A stretch of 64,000 nucleotides of DNA from IMG/VR virus record IMGVR_UViG_3300031853_000024; one strand, 5' to 3'. This document shows, piece by piece, positions 1 to 9,241 of this stretch. This stretch comes from an uncultured virus (IMG/VR IMGVR_UViG_3300031853_000024) (lineage: Duplodnaviria; Heunggongvirae; Uroviricota; Caudoviricetes; Schitoviridae). How positions within the stretch are numbered: the first letter of the stretch is position 1; each line of letters starts with the position of its first letter. Made by a program: the position numbers and the translations under genes. A model generated the notes under the pieces. It searched no databases and was not told the DNA's origin. It saw nothing but the letters and a program-made list of their open reading frames with translations.

Positions 1-227
1 CGTCTAGAGCTATTTAAAAATTTTGTTTTGTGATATTTAGTTTATTCTTTAAACCTAGTAATACAGATTAGAGATCTATATTTATCATGTAGGACCCCAG
101 AGGGCTGTACATGCCTGAGTTAACCCGTCAGGAGGGGATAAAAAAATAAACCATGTTCGTAAGAACAAAGTAATTATACAGAATTTAACTTGAGATTAAA
201 ATAAGAAAAAGAGGGATTGAATTTAGT

Positions 228-728
228 ATGGAATTAGATAAAAGAATTATAAATGGTAAAAGACCTTTAACATGCTTTGATATAGAAGAAGCTGAAAAGT
301 ATATAGGCAAGTTATGCTATATGTGTGATGAATACAATCTATTTTATCAATTAAATTTAATTGAGCCAGCTATTTTAATGGGAGTTGAGGATTGTGAAAC
401 ACCTTTTCATAATGGTCAAGATAAACAAGCTGAATTTTGTTTACCTTGCGAGTGGATAACAAAAGAAAAGAAATTTAGACCTTATACGCTCAAGGAATTT
501 TTTAACAAATTCACAGTCGGACAACCTATTAGATATAGAAGAAAAAGCGATTTATTAGAACGGTATTTAATTCTGGAAGGTTATGTGGATAGTAAAGGTG
601 ATAAAGAAGTTCGTTATCAATATATCCACATAGGAAGTACACCATACACTCTTGATGAACTGTTTAATAAGTACGAGTGGCAGGAGCATTACACAGAGGA
701 TTTTAAACCATTTGGAGTTGAAGAATGA
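228..728 (+). CDS. hypothetical phage protein (C-terminal half paralogous to 56276..56548)
   Basis: 166-aa ORF with GAGGG SD; shares KF/YxPF/Y-TL...VG/IG-Q/DPI...IG/LG-S/TT-Y-L...PFG..EE pattern with 56276..56548. Confidence 0.75.
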   Translation: MELDKRIINGKRPLTCFDIEEAEKYIGKLCYMCDEYNLFYQLNLIEPAILMGVEDCETPFHNGQDKQAEFCLPCEWITKEKKFRPYTLKEFFNKFTVGQPIRYRRKSDLLERYLILEGYVDSKGDKEVRYQYIHIGSTPYTLDELFNKYEWQEHYTEDFKPFGVEE

Positions 729-913
729 ACGATAAAAAATTATTAGAAAATCAAAAATTTAATGCTGATACAATTTCTGTATCATTGTCAAAGAAAGAAT
801 TAGAACTACTTATAGATAAATTGTCTGATATGCCAATTATAAATAAACAAGCTCTTTACATATTTCAAAAACTAACAGAAAAACTTGAAATTCTGGAGAG
901 TAAAAATGACTGA
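725..913 (+). CDS. hypothetical protein
   Basis: 62 aa, ATGA overlap with upstream stop. Confidence 0.65.
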   Translation: MNDKKLLENQKFNADTISVSLSKKELELLIDKLSDMPIINKQALYIFQKLTEKLEILESKND

Positions 914-1100
914 AGAACAATTAACTGATAAAGGATATCTAGAAAATATATATAATAATTTACATAATTTAGTAGAATACTGTAAAAAAGCTAAAAGAAG
1001 TATTGAAGACATGGATAATTTTGAAATTGTTCATGATTTAGAATTTCAGCTAGAATTCGCTTTTAAGATATTAAATAGAAAGCTGAATAAGGAACAATAA
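906..1100 (+). CDS. hypothetical protein
   Basis: ATG at 906 after GGAG SD (track ORF starts at 885); converges on the terminator at 1107-1154. Confidence 0.65.
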   Translation: MTEEQLTDKGYLENIYNNLHNLVEYCKKAKRSIEDMDNFEIVHDLEFQLEFAFKILNRKLNKEQ

Positions 1101-1106
1101 GGCAAG

Positions 1107-1154
1107 AAAAAAGGCTGTTAGCTAGTTCACTATAACTAAGCATATAACAGCCTT
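1107..1154 (-). terminator. intrinsic terminator of the late operon, possibly bidirectional
   Basis: AAGGCTGTTA...TAACAGCCTT 10-bp stem followed by a T run on the minus strand, between convergent genes. Confidence 0.7.
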
Positions 1155-1178
1155 ATTACTTGGTTAACCATAATAATA

Positions 1179-1208
1179 TTACTTCTTTTTCTTTCCACCA
1201 CAACCCAT
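1179..1208 (-). CDS. putative 9-aa peptide MGCGGKKKK
   Basis: AAGGAG SD 6 nt before ATG GGT TGT GGT GGA AAG AAA AAG AAG TAA. Confidence 0.45.
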   Translation of the reverse strand: MGCGGKKKK

Positions 1209-1218
1209 AATAGTCTCC

Positions 1219-1434
1219 TTATTCAAACAACTTAACCTTAACACTTTTACACAATTCTTTAATCTCATTGTCATTCTTTAAATCAGTTTTATATGCTTTT
1301 AAACATACCTTTTCTAAGTTATCAGACTGTTCAATAAGATGGTTTTCATGCTTAATAGCTCCCCATAAAAATATTGATAAGCCAACTATTACAATTAACA
1401 CAACACCGCCAAATTCAAAAGACTCAATATCCAT
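1219..1434 (-). CDS. small single-pass membrane protein
   Basis: GAGGAG SD before ATG at 1434 (MDIESF...); hydrophobic stretch GGVVLIVIVGLSIFLWGAI. Confidence 0.65.
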   Translation of the reverse strand: MDIESFEFGGVVLIVIVGLSIFLWGAIKHENHLIEQSDNLEKVCLKAYKTDLKNDNEIKELCKSVKVKLFE

Positions 1435-1442
1435 AAACTCCT

Positions 1443-1540
1443 CACTTGAGTAAGTGTCTTGCAAGACATTTTAGCTTCACATCCCACGTGGGAACGCATG
1501 AGATTCTAACTCATTTATAGCAAGACACTAAACCCATTTG
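1443..1540 (-). ncRNA. structured intergenic RNA with circularly permuted tRNA-like fold
   Basis: closing stem AGTGTCT/AGACACT; T-arm ATGAG-TTAGAAT-CTCAT; loop-closed acceptor-like stem GCGTTCC/GGGATGT; D-arm-like GCTA-AAATGTC-TTGC. Confidence 0.55.
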
Positions 1541-2002
1541 CTACTCTCTATTTGCTACTTTTAACTGTTCAATCAAACTTTCTAATTCGTTAATCCTTGC
1601 TCTAGCATCATGTCTTTGTGATTTAACTTCTTGGTAGTCACTTTCAGTTATTTCACCCTCAGCAAACTTAATAGCCTTGTAATCAGTATCAGATAGATAT
1701 TTTTTCAGTTCTACGATTTCAGACTGATACTTCTCAATTAAAATCATACTCTCGGTTTTCTTAGGTGCATAGCCTTTCAGATAAATCCAACCATTAAGCT
1801 CACTCACTTCTGTATCAGTAATAGCAACGGTATTATCTTGCCAACCGAGTTGATAAGCCAATGCGGTATCTTCAGTAGAAGAACCCAAATGCTTATCATC
1901 ATAGATTTTCTCGTAGTAGTAAGTATTAGGTACTTGTTCAATTACTGTTTCTTGGGTTTCTTGTTCTTCGATATAGTTTTCAAGTTCTGTAATCTGTTCC
2001 AT
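1541..2002 (-). CDS. putative tail fibre assembly/chaperone protein
   Basis: directly downstream of the fibre gene; WIYLKGYAP and LSDTDYKAIKFAEG...RARINELE pattern typical of fibre-associated proteins. Confidence 0.55.
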   Translation of the reverse strand: MEQITELENYIEEQETQETVIEQVPNTYYYEKIYDDKHLGSSTEDTALAYQLGWQDNTVAITDTEVSELNGWIYLKGYAPKKTESMILIEKYQSEIVELKKYLSDTDYKAIKFAEGEITESDYQEVKSQRHDARARINELESLIEQLKVANRE

Positions 2003-2005
2003 TAT

Positions 2006-4348
2006 TTAATCTCCTTGTACGTTGCCTTGACATGGGTAGAATCTAGCAACAATAGTGCTACAAATACATCTAATATGATAGCTTTGACCTTTAACAACTG
2101 GAATAAATACACAACCGTGATATTTGCTATCCCAAAGTGCATTGATAGGTGATAATACATTTTGCTGATAATATGTGTTACCGCCACCTGTTCTACCAAC
2201 AAAAACATAGTGCATTTGGTCATACACTGTATCAGTAGCTTGAATACCAAGCCAACCATCGCTAGTAGGAGTATAAATGTTTACATTACTTCCATCAAGA
2301 ACCCAATCTGTTGTATCAACATTAACGGAAGTCCCTGGCAAACTCAAAGCACCGGGATTAAGACTGTTTATTTTCTCTGTTTGAACATCTTTCCATTTGT
2401 AACCAGGAATACCTAAGGCACCATTTCTTGTGTATGAGTATATACTATAAGATCCATCTGTACTTGTTCTAAACCAAGTTCTAGCTATTGAACCGATGCA
2501 TGGATTTTGTGTTAATTCACACATTGTTTCCCCAGTAGTAAACATATAACTCAGTATAGCATTTGCATTTTGTGTACTATCACTATTTGTGTGTTTTAAG
2601 ACGAGACAACTGGTCTGTGCTGTAGGTGCTTCACCAGTTGTAAAATTTCCAACATTTCTTACTATTATATCTTTAAAACTCTTAATTCCACTAATAGTCT
2701 CATTACCAGTAGTATGTACAACATCATCACTATATACTTTAGACCATTTGTTTGTGGAAGTGCCGAGGGAGTATACATTATTTGTGTATGGGTAAAAATC
2801 ACCTTTTAATCGTGCATAAGATTTACCTGTATTATCAAGTGACAATCCAAAGAATGTGTAAACAACAGAGCCTGTTGTGCTAGGACTTCCACTGCTATAT
2901 TTATTGCGAACATAAAAGTCTAGGTTATTTGTTCCGTTCGCTATGTAGTTATTTCTGATATATGCAAGGTTATCAGTATTTTTATCTTTGAAACTAAACT
3001 GAGTGAACGTATCACTTGATATTGTCTCGCCTATTGCAACTCTGCCATTTTTTAACTGAATTGTATCTGAATTAGTTTTGCTGAATGTGTTTGTATCAGT
3101 CCACTCGTTGACTTTATCAAGTCCCCAAGCTGTGCCGTTGTAATAATAGGTCTGTGAGTAGACAGATTTCCACTGATTTGTAGATGTACCTAATGAAGAA
3201 TCACTAGTATTATTCCAAAGTGGCTTTAATTCACCATTTTGGTATTGCAATATATCAGTGTTTGTATCACTTTTAGAAACTATTAAAACAGCGTTACTAT
3301 ATGAACTTCTATCCTGACCACTAAGAACTATTGAGCCACCTTTACCCCAAGCTGTACCACCATCTAATTCAATATATGAATTATCTAAGTTACACAGAAC
3401 TTTTTTACCACCTTGAATGACCATATTAGAAGTAAAAGTCTTAACTCCAGCTACTGTCTGCGCTGTGCTCAAATCCACACACTGAATATTTACCGTCTTA
3501 TCTGTACTTGAATTAGCTGTAAATGTATCAACTGTTGTACCGTTTCGCTGAATAGTTAAAGTACCATCGTTCACAGTGCTGATTGTAGGCTTGTTACTAA
3601 GGTCATCATATGAACCAGTAAACGCTACGGTGGATAACTGTCCCTTTAGCCAAGTACAAAAATTGTTAAACACGCGGCTTAGGTTGAGCAGTGATATTGC
3701 CGGCTTTTGGTTAGGCACATGAATACCCGCTCTAACTGTAAGGCCGTCTGTAGCTAAACCTGGCGTATTTGGAAAGTAAAAGCTTGAGCCTCCACGGTTA
3801 AATAGTACAAGTTTTTTTCCAATTGCAAAGGGTGAACCATTATGGTGTAAATCTTGTCTATAAGTTCTGAGCACGCTGTCAACATATAGGTATGCTGTGG
3901 AGACTCCTGTGTCGCTGTCATACTCTGAAATTATAGTGATGTGTACCCACTTGCTGGTTGGTGTGTCAATTGATACCTCTCGGTCACTGCCGCCAATTTC
4001 TAGGTTAATTGTGAGACCGTTGTCTACGTAGGCTTTATAGTCGCCCGAGTAGTTCATACCTGATTCAAGGTTAAGGAAGGAAAACCATCCCCCATCGGTG
4101 TAGCTAGGTTTAACATAAAGATTAAAGTCTATTGTGTACTCGTTATATATAGCCTCCTGGTCGACTGCTACTAGTATCAGAGGTGTTCCGAGCGTACCCG
4201 TTACAAGTGAATATCCGTCTCGCCCGTCTATCTGCTCATATGTGGCATTAGGTGTTCCATCCAATATCCAGTTTCCCGTTAAATCGGTTACTGTCTGGTT
4301 GTCAAATGAAAGGTTTAAAATTACTTCGTTGCTCATGATAAACTCCAT
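2006..4348 (-). CDS. tail fibre / receptor-binding protein with N-terminal LamG/ConA-like domain
   Basis: YTIDF..WVHI..LYVD lectin-like N-terminus; YDDLSNKP, AQTVAGVKTF, NETISGIKSF and LGTSTNxW fibre repeats; real start probably 4336 (ATGA overlap). Confidence 0.8.
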   Translation of the reverse strand: MEFIMSNEVILNLSFDNQTVTDLTGNWILDGTPNATYEQIDGRDGYSLVTGTLGTPLILVAVDQEAIYNEYTIDFNLYVKPSYTDGGWFSFLNLESGMNYSGDYKAYVDNGLTINLEIGGSDREVSIDTPTSKWVHITIISEYDSDTGVSTAYLYVDSVLRTYRQDLHHNGSPFAIGKKLVLFNRGGSSFYFPNTPGLATDGLTVRAGIHVPNQKPAISLLNLSRVFNNFCTWLKGQLSTVAFTGSYDDLSNKPTISTVNDGTLTIQRNGTTVDTFTANSSTDKTVNIQCVDLSTAQTVAGVKTFTSNMVIQGGKKVLCNLDNSYIELDGGTAWGKGGSIVLSGQDRSSYSNAVLIVSKSDTNTDILQYQNGELKPLWNNTSDSSLGTSTNQWKSVYSQTYYYNGTAWGLDKVNEWTDTNTFSKTNSDTIQLKNGRVAIGETISSDTFTQFSFKDKNTDNLAYIRNNYIANGTNNLDFYVRNKYSSGSPSTTGSVVYTFFGLSLDNTGKSYARLKGDFYPYTNNVYSLGTSTNKWSKVYSDDVVHTTGNETISGIKSFKDIIVRNVGNFTTGEAPTAQTSCLVLKHTNSDSTQNANAILSYMFTTGETMCELTQNPCIGSIARTWFRTSTDGSYSIYSYTRNGALGIPGYKWKDVQTEKINSLNPGALSLPGTSVNVDTTDWVLDGSNVNIYTPTSDGWLGIQATDTVYDQMHYVFVGRTGGGNTYYQQNVLSPINALWDSKYHGCVFIPVVKGQSYHIRCICSTIVARFYPCQGNVQGD

Positions 4349-5085
4349 TCTGATGTCAGCGCATCAATCTGCGCATCGGTAGCATAGGTTATATCACCTC
4401 CAAAGGTGATATTGATTTCTTCGTTAGTTGCCTGGTTCGCAGTGAATATTCCAGCAGTGGTGCCATTGACCTTAATTGTCAGAGTACCATCATTGACTGT
4501 AGGGATTGTAGGCTTATTGCTCAAATCATTATATGATCCAGAAGTTGCAACAGTAGCTAATCCACTTGTAATATCTGAAGCATTGTGTGTATGTGCTGTT
4601 GGTGTTCTAGCGTCACTAAGTCTTGAATCATTACCTTCACAAAATGTATTAGCAGTTGTGCCAAACGAACCAGTTGTAATAACACCGTTTGCGGTTGTAA
4701 TTAAAGGTTTATTAGCATTTGAACCTATTTTACCATCATTAGTTATATTGCCGTGAGTATGACTTGTTGGAGTCATAGTTGCAGGTTTATTACTCAAATC
4801 ATCATAACTTCCAGATGTTGCAACGGTAGATAAATCATTCACTAGTACAAACTCACTCGCATTATGGGTCAGGATGTCTCCTGTAGCAACGCCATTAATT
4901 GCCAATGATTTGATATATGCATTGTTCCATTGTGCAGTAGAACTACCTAAATCAACAGTTCCATCTGTACTAGGAATTAAACTACCACTAATCTCATTAC
5001 TGCCAGCTAGCGGAATTTTAGTAGTATCCCTAAAATTGTATGTATTCCCATCTTTAATAATTTTTGATGGATTGTATTCTGCCAT
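4333..5085 (-). CDS. tail fibre-like protein
   Basis: VATSGSYD/NDLSNKP twice, HTH metal-knot motifs (SHTHG, AHTHN), EGNDSRLSDARTP. Confidence 0.75.
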   Translation of the reverse strand: MAEYNPSKIIKDGNTYNFRDTTKIPLAGSNEISGSLIPSTDGTVDLGSSTAQWNNAYIKSLAINGVATGDILTHNASEFVLVNDLSTVATSGSYDDLSNKPATMTPTSHTHGNITNDGKIGSNANKPLITTANGVITTGSFGTTANTFCEGNDSRLSDARTPTAHTHNASDITSGLATVATSGSYNDLSNKPTIPTVNDGTLTIKVNGTTAGIFTANQATNEEINITFGGDITYATDAQIDALTSEWSLS

Positions 5086-5096
5086 ATTAAACCTCT

Positions 5097-5978
5097 TTAA
5101 CTAATGATTACTGAATCATTTTGTTGGTCATAAGTCCACACATTTAAACCACCTCTAACCAAGATGGCATTTAAATCACTGTCATAATCCCATCGTTCTT
5201 GAAGGTCTATAATTTCTGAAACACTATGAGTATGACCTACATTTGATTTACCTAATAACTGAGTTTCTAAGTTATTAGATAAATTTTCTATAGCTTCAGT
5301 TACACATTGGTTAGTTACCCAATTAGTAGATGTACTATCTAACATAGTATCTCCTGATGGTACTCCAACTAAATCTCTATACTGTCCTGTAAAACCAACT
5401 CTACTAATATTAGAACGAGTTGGATATTTAGATAATTCATTAGCTATAGCTTTATTTTCTAGAGGATTTTTTGATGTACTATCAAGAGCTGAATCAATAG
5501 TTATATGCTGTAATACAGGTTTATTCTTTAAATCATTATAATCAATATCTTTGTTATTAACTTGGTTTATTAAATCAGTTAAAGCCTGTAATGTATCAGC
5601 ATAACTATTCCATAATGTTTTATCTTCATTTGTTACATGAATAACATTATTGTTAATATGTTGCTGTAATGAATTAGATAGAGTAGTTAATTGATTAGTT
5701 AAACCAGAAACATTAATACCTGCCTGTTCTAATGCAGCATTAATTGTTTCTATTTGGTTTATACTATTAACTTGTTCTTCTGTTAGATGTATTTCCTGAT
5801 TAGCTACATGATTGATAATATCATATATATCTCTTACTATTTTAAGAGTATCAAACTTCTTAACTAAATCTAGGAGTAAAGGCATATTATCAGCTACATA
5901 TTCTACAACATCATATGAGCTATTTAACTGCCTATTTAATATAGCTGATTTACCTAATGTATTAACCCTTACAGCCAT
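5097..5978 (-). CDS. tail fibre/appendage protein
   Basis: N-terminal YDVVEYVADN anchor-like motif, coiled coil, YNDLKNKP and GHTHSVSEI fibre motifs. Confidence 0.7.
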   Translation of the reverse strand: MAVRVNTLGKSAILNRQLNSSYDVVEYVADNMPLLLDLVKKFDTLKIVRDIYDIINHVANQEIHLTEEQVNSINQIETINAALEQAGINVSGLTNQLTTLSNSLQQHINNNVIHVTNEDKTLWNSYADTLQALTDLINQVNNKDIDYNDLKNKPVLQHITIDSALDSTSKNPLENKAIANELSKYPTRSNISRVGFTGQYRDLVGVPSGDTMLDSTSTNWVTNQCVTEAIENLSNNLETQLLGKSNVGHTHSVSEIIDLQERWDYDSDLNAILVRGGLNVWTYDQQNDSVIIS

Positions 5979-6574
5979 TATTCTTCTCCATTAGTTTCTT
6001 CTTCTGCAGGTTTTAAATCATCTATAAAGTTATGTGTAGTAATAGGAGGACTACCTATCATAGACTCAAAACCAAGACATTTAACTAATTCTGGTTCATA
6101 AGCAATAAAAGACTCTACATGTAATTTACTTAGAGCATATCTAATTTCCATTTCATATATTTTCTTACGAACAAAATATGGGTAAATTATATAAAACTCT
6201 TTACAGTAGTTTTTCATTTTCTTAACTACTCGTTTAGGAAAGAATACACACACATTACCCTGATACTTATTAACAGGTATTTCACTAGTAGAACCTGAAT
6301 CATGATCATTATAGTGAAAATTAATTACTTCACCTTCATACTCATCTATTGCAGCTGAAACCAAAAAAATAAAATTATTACACACTCTTACATCATCTTC
6401 TAATAGTAGTAAATCATCATTACTATATTTAGTAAGAATATCTATAAAGTTATTACAGGTATCACTAGTACCAATATAAATATGAGCATTACCGCCTAAT
6501 GCTTCTTTAATAGCTTCTCTATTATTTACTCTCTCTTCAGGAGCATTATCATAAGACATAATTACTATATTCAT
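5978..6574 (-). CDS. putative GT-A glycosyltransferase
   Basis: N-terminal IVIMSYD..ER strand, LLLLEDDV DxD-type motif, PELV..G..S.IG C-terminal pattern resembling GT25-like enzymes. Confidence 0.55.
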   Translation of the reverse strand: MNIVIMSYDNAPEERVNNREAIKEALGGNAHIYIGTSDTCNNFIDILTKYSNDDLLLLEDDVRVCNNFIFLVSAAIDEYEGEVINFHYNDHDSGSTSEIPVNKYQGNVCVFFPKRVVKKMKNYCKEFYIIYPYFVRKKIYEMEIRYALSKLHVESFIAYEPELVKCLGFESMIGSPPITTHNFIDDLKPAEEETNGEE

Positions 6575-6575
6575 A

Positions 6576-7181
6576 TTAACCTCCTAATACTTGTTTATTT
6601 TCTTTTGGTTTAATTCTATTAAATGTAAATTCTTCCTCTTTATCTGTCAAATTGAGTAAAGATAAGCGATTATATGTAATAGATACAGTTGCATGATTAT
6701 GTATAATTGCTCCAACTGTAGTTTTATTTGCAAAAGGAATAGATAAAGTATCTGGAGGAAACAGCGCTATAGTACCATCAGATAATGAATATATTGCAGT
6801 AGATGAATGTATAGAGATATCCATATCACCATTTATTTTTACAAAAGTATCTATTCCTTCAACAGGAATAGGAAGAGCATATGTAGTATTCTCTACTTTA
6901 AATAAAGGTAAATGCTTACCATTAGACATATCAATATAAGTAATATTATTAATTATTTCTTGTGGTACATCTGTAAAAGTAATATATAAAGGAATAAAAC
7001 TAATAGATTCTGCATCTTCCCATAAGCTACCCTCACCACCATTACCTTCACCATCAGGAATTTTTAGATGCTCCATTATAGTAAAATACATCTGTTTTAG
7101 TTCTTCATAGTGTTCAGCTATGAAAGCAATCCTGTCATAATCAACAGGAGGTAATTTGTTATGAATAATATTTGGTATCAT
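6576..7181 (-). CDS. putative tail appendage protein
   Basis: YDRIAFIAEHY N-terminal motif resembling neighbours; beta-rich body; located in tail block. Confidence 0.5.
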   Translation of the reverse strand: MIPNIIHNKLPPVDYDRIAFIAEHYEELKQMYFTIMEHLKIPDGEGNGGEGSLWEDAESISFIPLYITFTDVPQEIINNITYIDMSNGKHLPLFKVENTTYALPIPVEGIDTFVKINGDMDISIHSSTAIYSLSDGTIALFPPDTLSIPFANKTTVGAIIHNHATVSITYNRLSLLNLTDKEEEFTFNRIKPKENKQVLGG

Positions 7182-8098
7182 TAATTGTACTCCGCTACAA
7201 ATACACTACTTGCAATAGGGTCTACACTAGGACCACCACCACCTATCCACCAACTTGCTGTAGCACCTGCAGGAACAGCAACCATAAAGGAATCTACTAC
7301 TGAAAAGTCATGATGAGATCTAAAAGCTATCTGCTGACCATTAATTGCTATATAAGCATCACATTCATATGTACTTGTAACACAGATAAAGCCTCCTGTA
7401 GGAAAATTACGTTGACCCCAACCAACTCGGTGATCCCATACCCTTACCCAAGGACCTAAGCTAGGTCTAATTGATATGCTCTGCAAAGCTTCTGATATAT
7501 CATGCCGTAATTCGGTTTTAGCTTGATTTATCTTATCTAAAACCCAAGAATATACACCACCTGATTTAACCAGATTATTACTACCTTCTGTAGGTACATC
7601 ATCTATATTTCTTAATATATCTAATAATGCTACAGACTCTCGTATTGTTTGAATATCAGCTCTAGTTTGGTCAAGTAATTCATGAATAGTATCTAAATAA
7701 TGAGTAATAGAATTACCCCAATCAGCTACATATTTCATAGTAGCAATCTGATTAGCAGGACCAGTAGGATTAGGGTGATTAACATATGATGTAGGAATAC
7801 CCTCATCAGATACTCTAAAACCTAAATAATTATCATTAATTCTTAACCTAATACCCTTACCTTCCATAGGTGTTCTATATGCTTCTAATGCAGCTATAAG
7901 AGCATCTCTAGCATCTTTAAAATCAACAGAACCTAATACTCCTGTAGTATTAGGTGTTGGTGCTGAATTAGTTGCTACATCAGAATTAACAACATTTACT
8001 TTCTTTTCTACTTGTTGCTCTTTAGTAAATTTATTTACTTCATCTTTTTTAGCACAACGTAATATTAATTTCTCAATCCAAGATTTAAGTGGAATCAT
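7181..8098 (-). CDS. tail fibre-like protein
   Basis: NQIATMKYV, DDVPTEGSNNLVKSGGVY repeat, C-terminal GFI..VAVPAGAT tip domain. Confidence 0.65.
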   Translation of the reverse strand: MIPLKSWIEKLILRCAKKDEVNKFTKEQQVEKKVNVVNSDVATNSAPTPNTTGVLGSVDFKDARDALIAALEAYRTPMEGKGIRLRINDNYLGFRVSDEGIPTSYVNHPNPTGPANQIATMKYVADWGNSITHYLDTIHELLDQTRADIQTIRESVALLDILRNIDDVPTEGSNNLVKSGGVYSWVLDKINQAKTELRHDISEALQSISIRPSLGPWVRVWDHRVGWGQRNFPTGGFICVTSTYECDAYIAINGQQIAFRSHHDFSVVDSFMVAVPAGATASWWIGGGGPSVDPIASSVFVAEYN

Positions 8099-8107
8099 AT
8101 AATCTCC

Positions 8108-9241
8108 TTATTTTACCCAACAAATAATGTCAAACGCAGAATTTGCACTCTGACCAGGAGAATAACCACCACCACCAGTATATGTAAGATTAATATAATT
8201 ATTATCAGAACTAACAGCAATAGTCCAAGTAGAATCTGCCCCAGTTCCGTTACTAGGATGATTATGATAAATAATAGAATCTACTTGAAAAGGTAATTCA
8301 ATACTTGCTATCTCTTGATTATTAGCAGTTATAGCACCAGCCGGTATATGAATAGCAGCTAAATTACCACTACGCCAAATTCTATACCCTGCATAAGTGC
8401 CTTCTGCTTCTAATGAACCAGGACTATCATTATTATTGCTATTTCCATTAGAAACCAACGAAGATAAATCTACAATTTGAGCATCACCTGAACTAGGAGT
8501 TATTATTAAATTATTACCACTTAATGAAAAAGAATAAGTAGTATTAGCATCTGTAACACCTGCTATAGCAGCATTAACATTACCCGTTAAAGCTTGAATA
8601 ATATTTTGACCATAGGCATATATACCTTTAGATTTAACTAGATCATTTGAGCCATCTACAGGATAATCTAAAGCATTATCTAATCTACCTTGAATAGTTG
8701 TTACATTTGATTCTAATTGAGTAGCTCTATCTTCTAAAGATAATAATCTATCTTTAATAGAAGATAATTGATCGTTAAGAAAATCAACTCTAACTGATGA
8801 TTCATCTACTTCACCATTTGTAGGTGGAATAGTTAATAATGGTTCACCATTACATGTGTCTAACATTAATTTAACTTCTGATACATATTCTTCCTTTGTT
8901 TCATCATCAGTACGAGATACTTTAAATGAAATATATGGAGAACATGTAGTAAAGTTTAATTTAATATTACCTACTGTATCTTTAATATCAGCATTAACAG
9001 AACTAAATAATTCTAATTCTTCTAATCTTACTGGTTTAGTAAATGTTTTCTGACCATCAATTAATTCATCTCTATGCTTATGCATATATTCTTCTAATTT
9101 TTGGTGCAGATATTCTTTTATATCAAATATGAAATCATAAATAGCTTGTAAAGCTTCTATGTTATCACTTATTACAGCAAGCTTATCATAAGCATGATTA
9201 GCTTGTGCATGAACTAAATCACTAGTACTAGGACATCTCAT
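8108..9241 (-). CDS. tail fibre/appendage protein
   Basis: AYDKLAVISDN anchor-like motif, IDGQKTFT, coiled coil, PVDGSNDLVKSKGIY repeat. Confidence 0.65.
   Translation of the reverse strand: MRCPSTSDLVHAQANHAYDKLAVISDNIEALQAIYDFIFDIKEYLHQKLEEYMHKHRDELIDGQKTFTKPVRLEELELFSSVNADIKDTVGNIKLNFTTCSPYISFKVSRTDDETKEEYVSEVKLMLDTCNGEPLLTIPPTNGEVDESSVRVDFLNDQLSSIKDRLLSLEDRATQLESNVTTIQGRLDNALDYPVDGSNDLVKSKGIYAYGQNIIQALTGNVNAAIAGVTDANTTYSFSLSGNNLIITPSSGDAQIVDLSSLVSNGNSNNNDSPGSLEAEGTYAGYRIWRSGNLAAIHIPAGAITANNQEIASIELPFQVDSIIYHNHPSNGTGADSTWTIAVSSDNNYINLTYTGGGGYSPGQSANSAFDIICWVK

Noticed and set aside
2002..2259. Alternative-frame 85-aa ORF over the fibre C-terminus (possible frameshift variant)
   Set aside because: No clear slippery site or SD; the main frame already encodes a coherent tip domain
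2006..5085. Diversity-generating retroelement or invertible fibre cassette
   Set aside because: No reverse transcriptase, invertase, adenine-specific TR/VR pair or inverted crossover sites seen in the window
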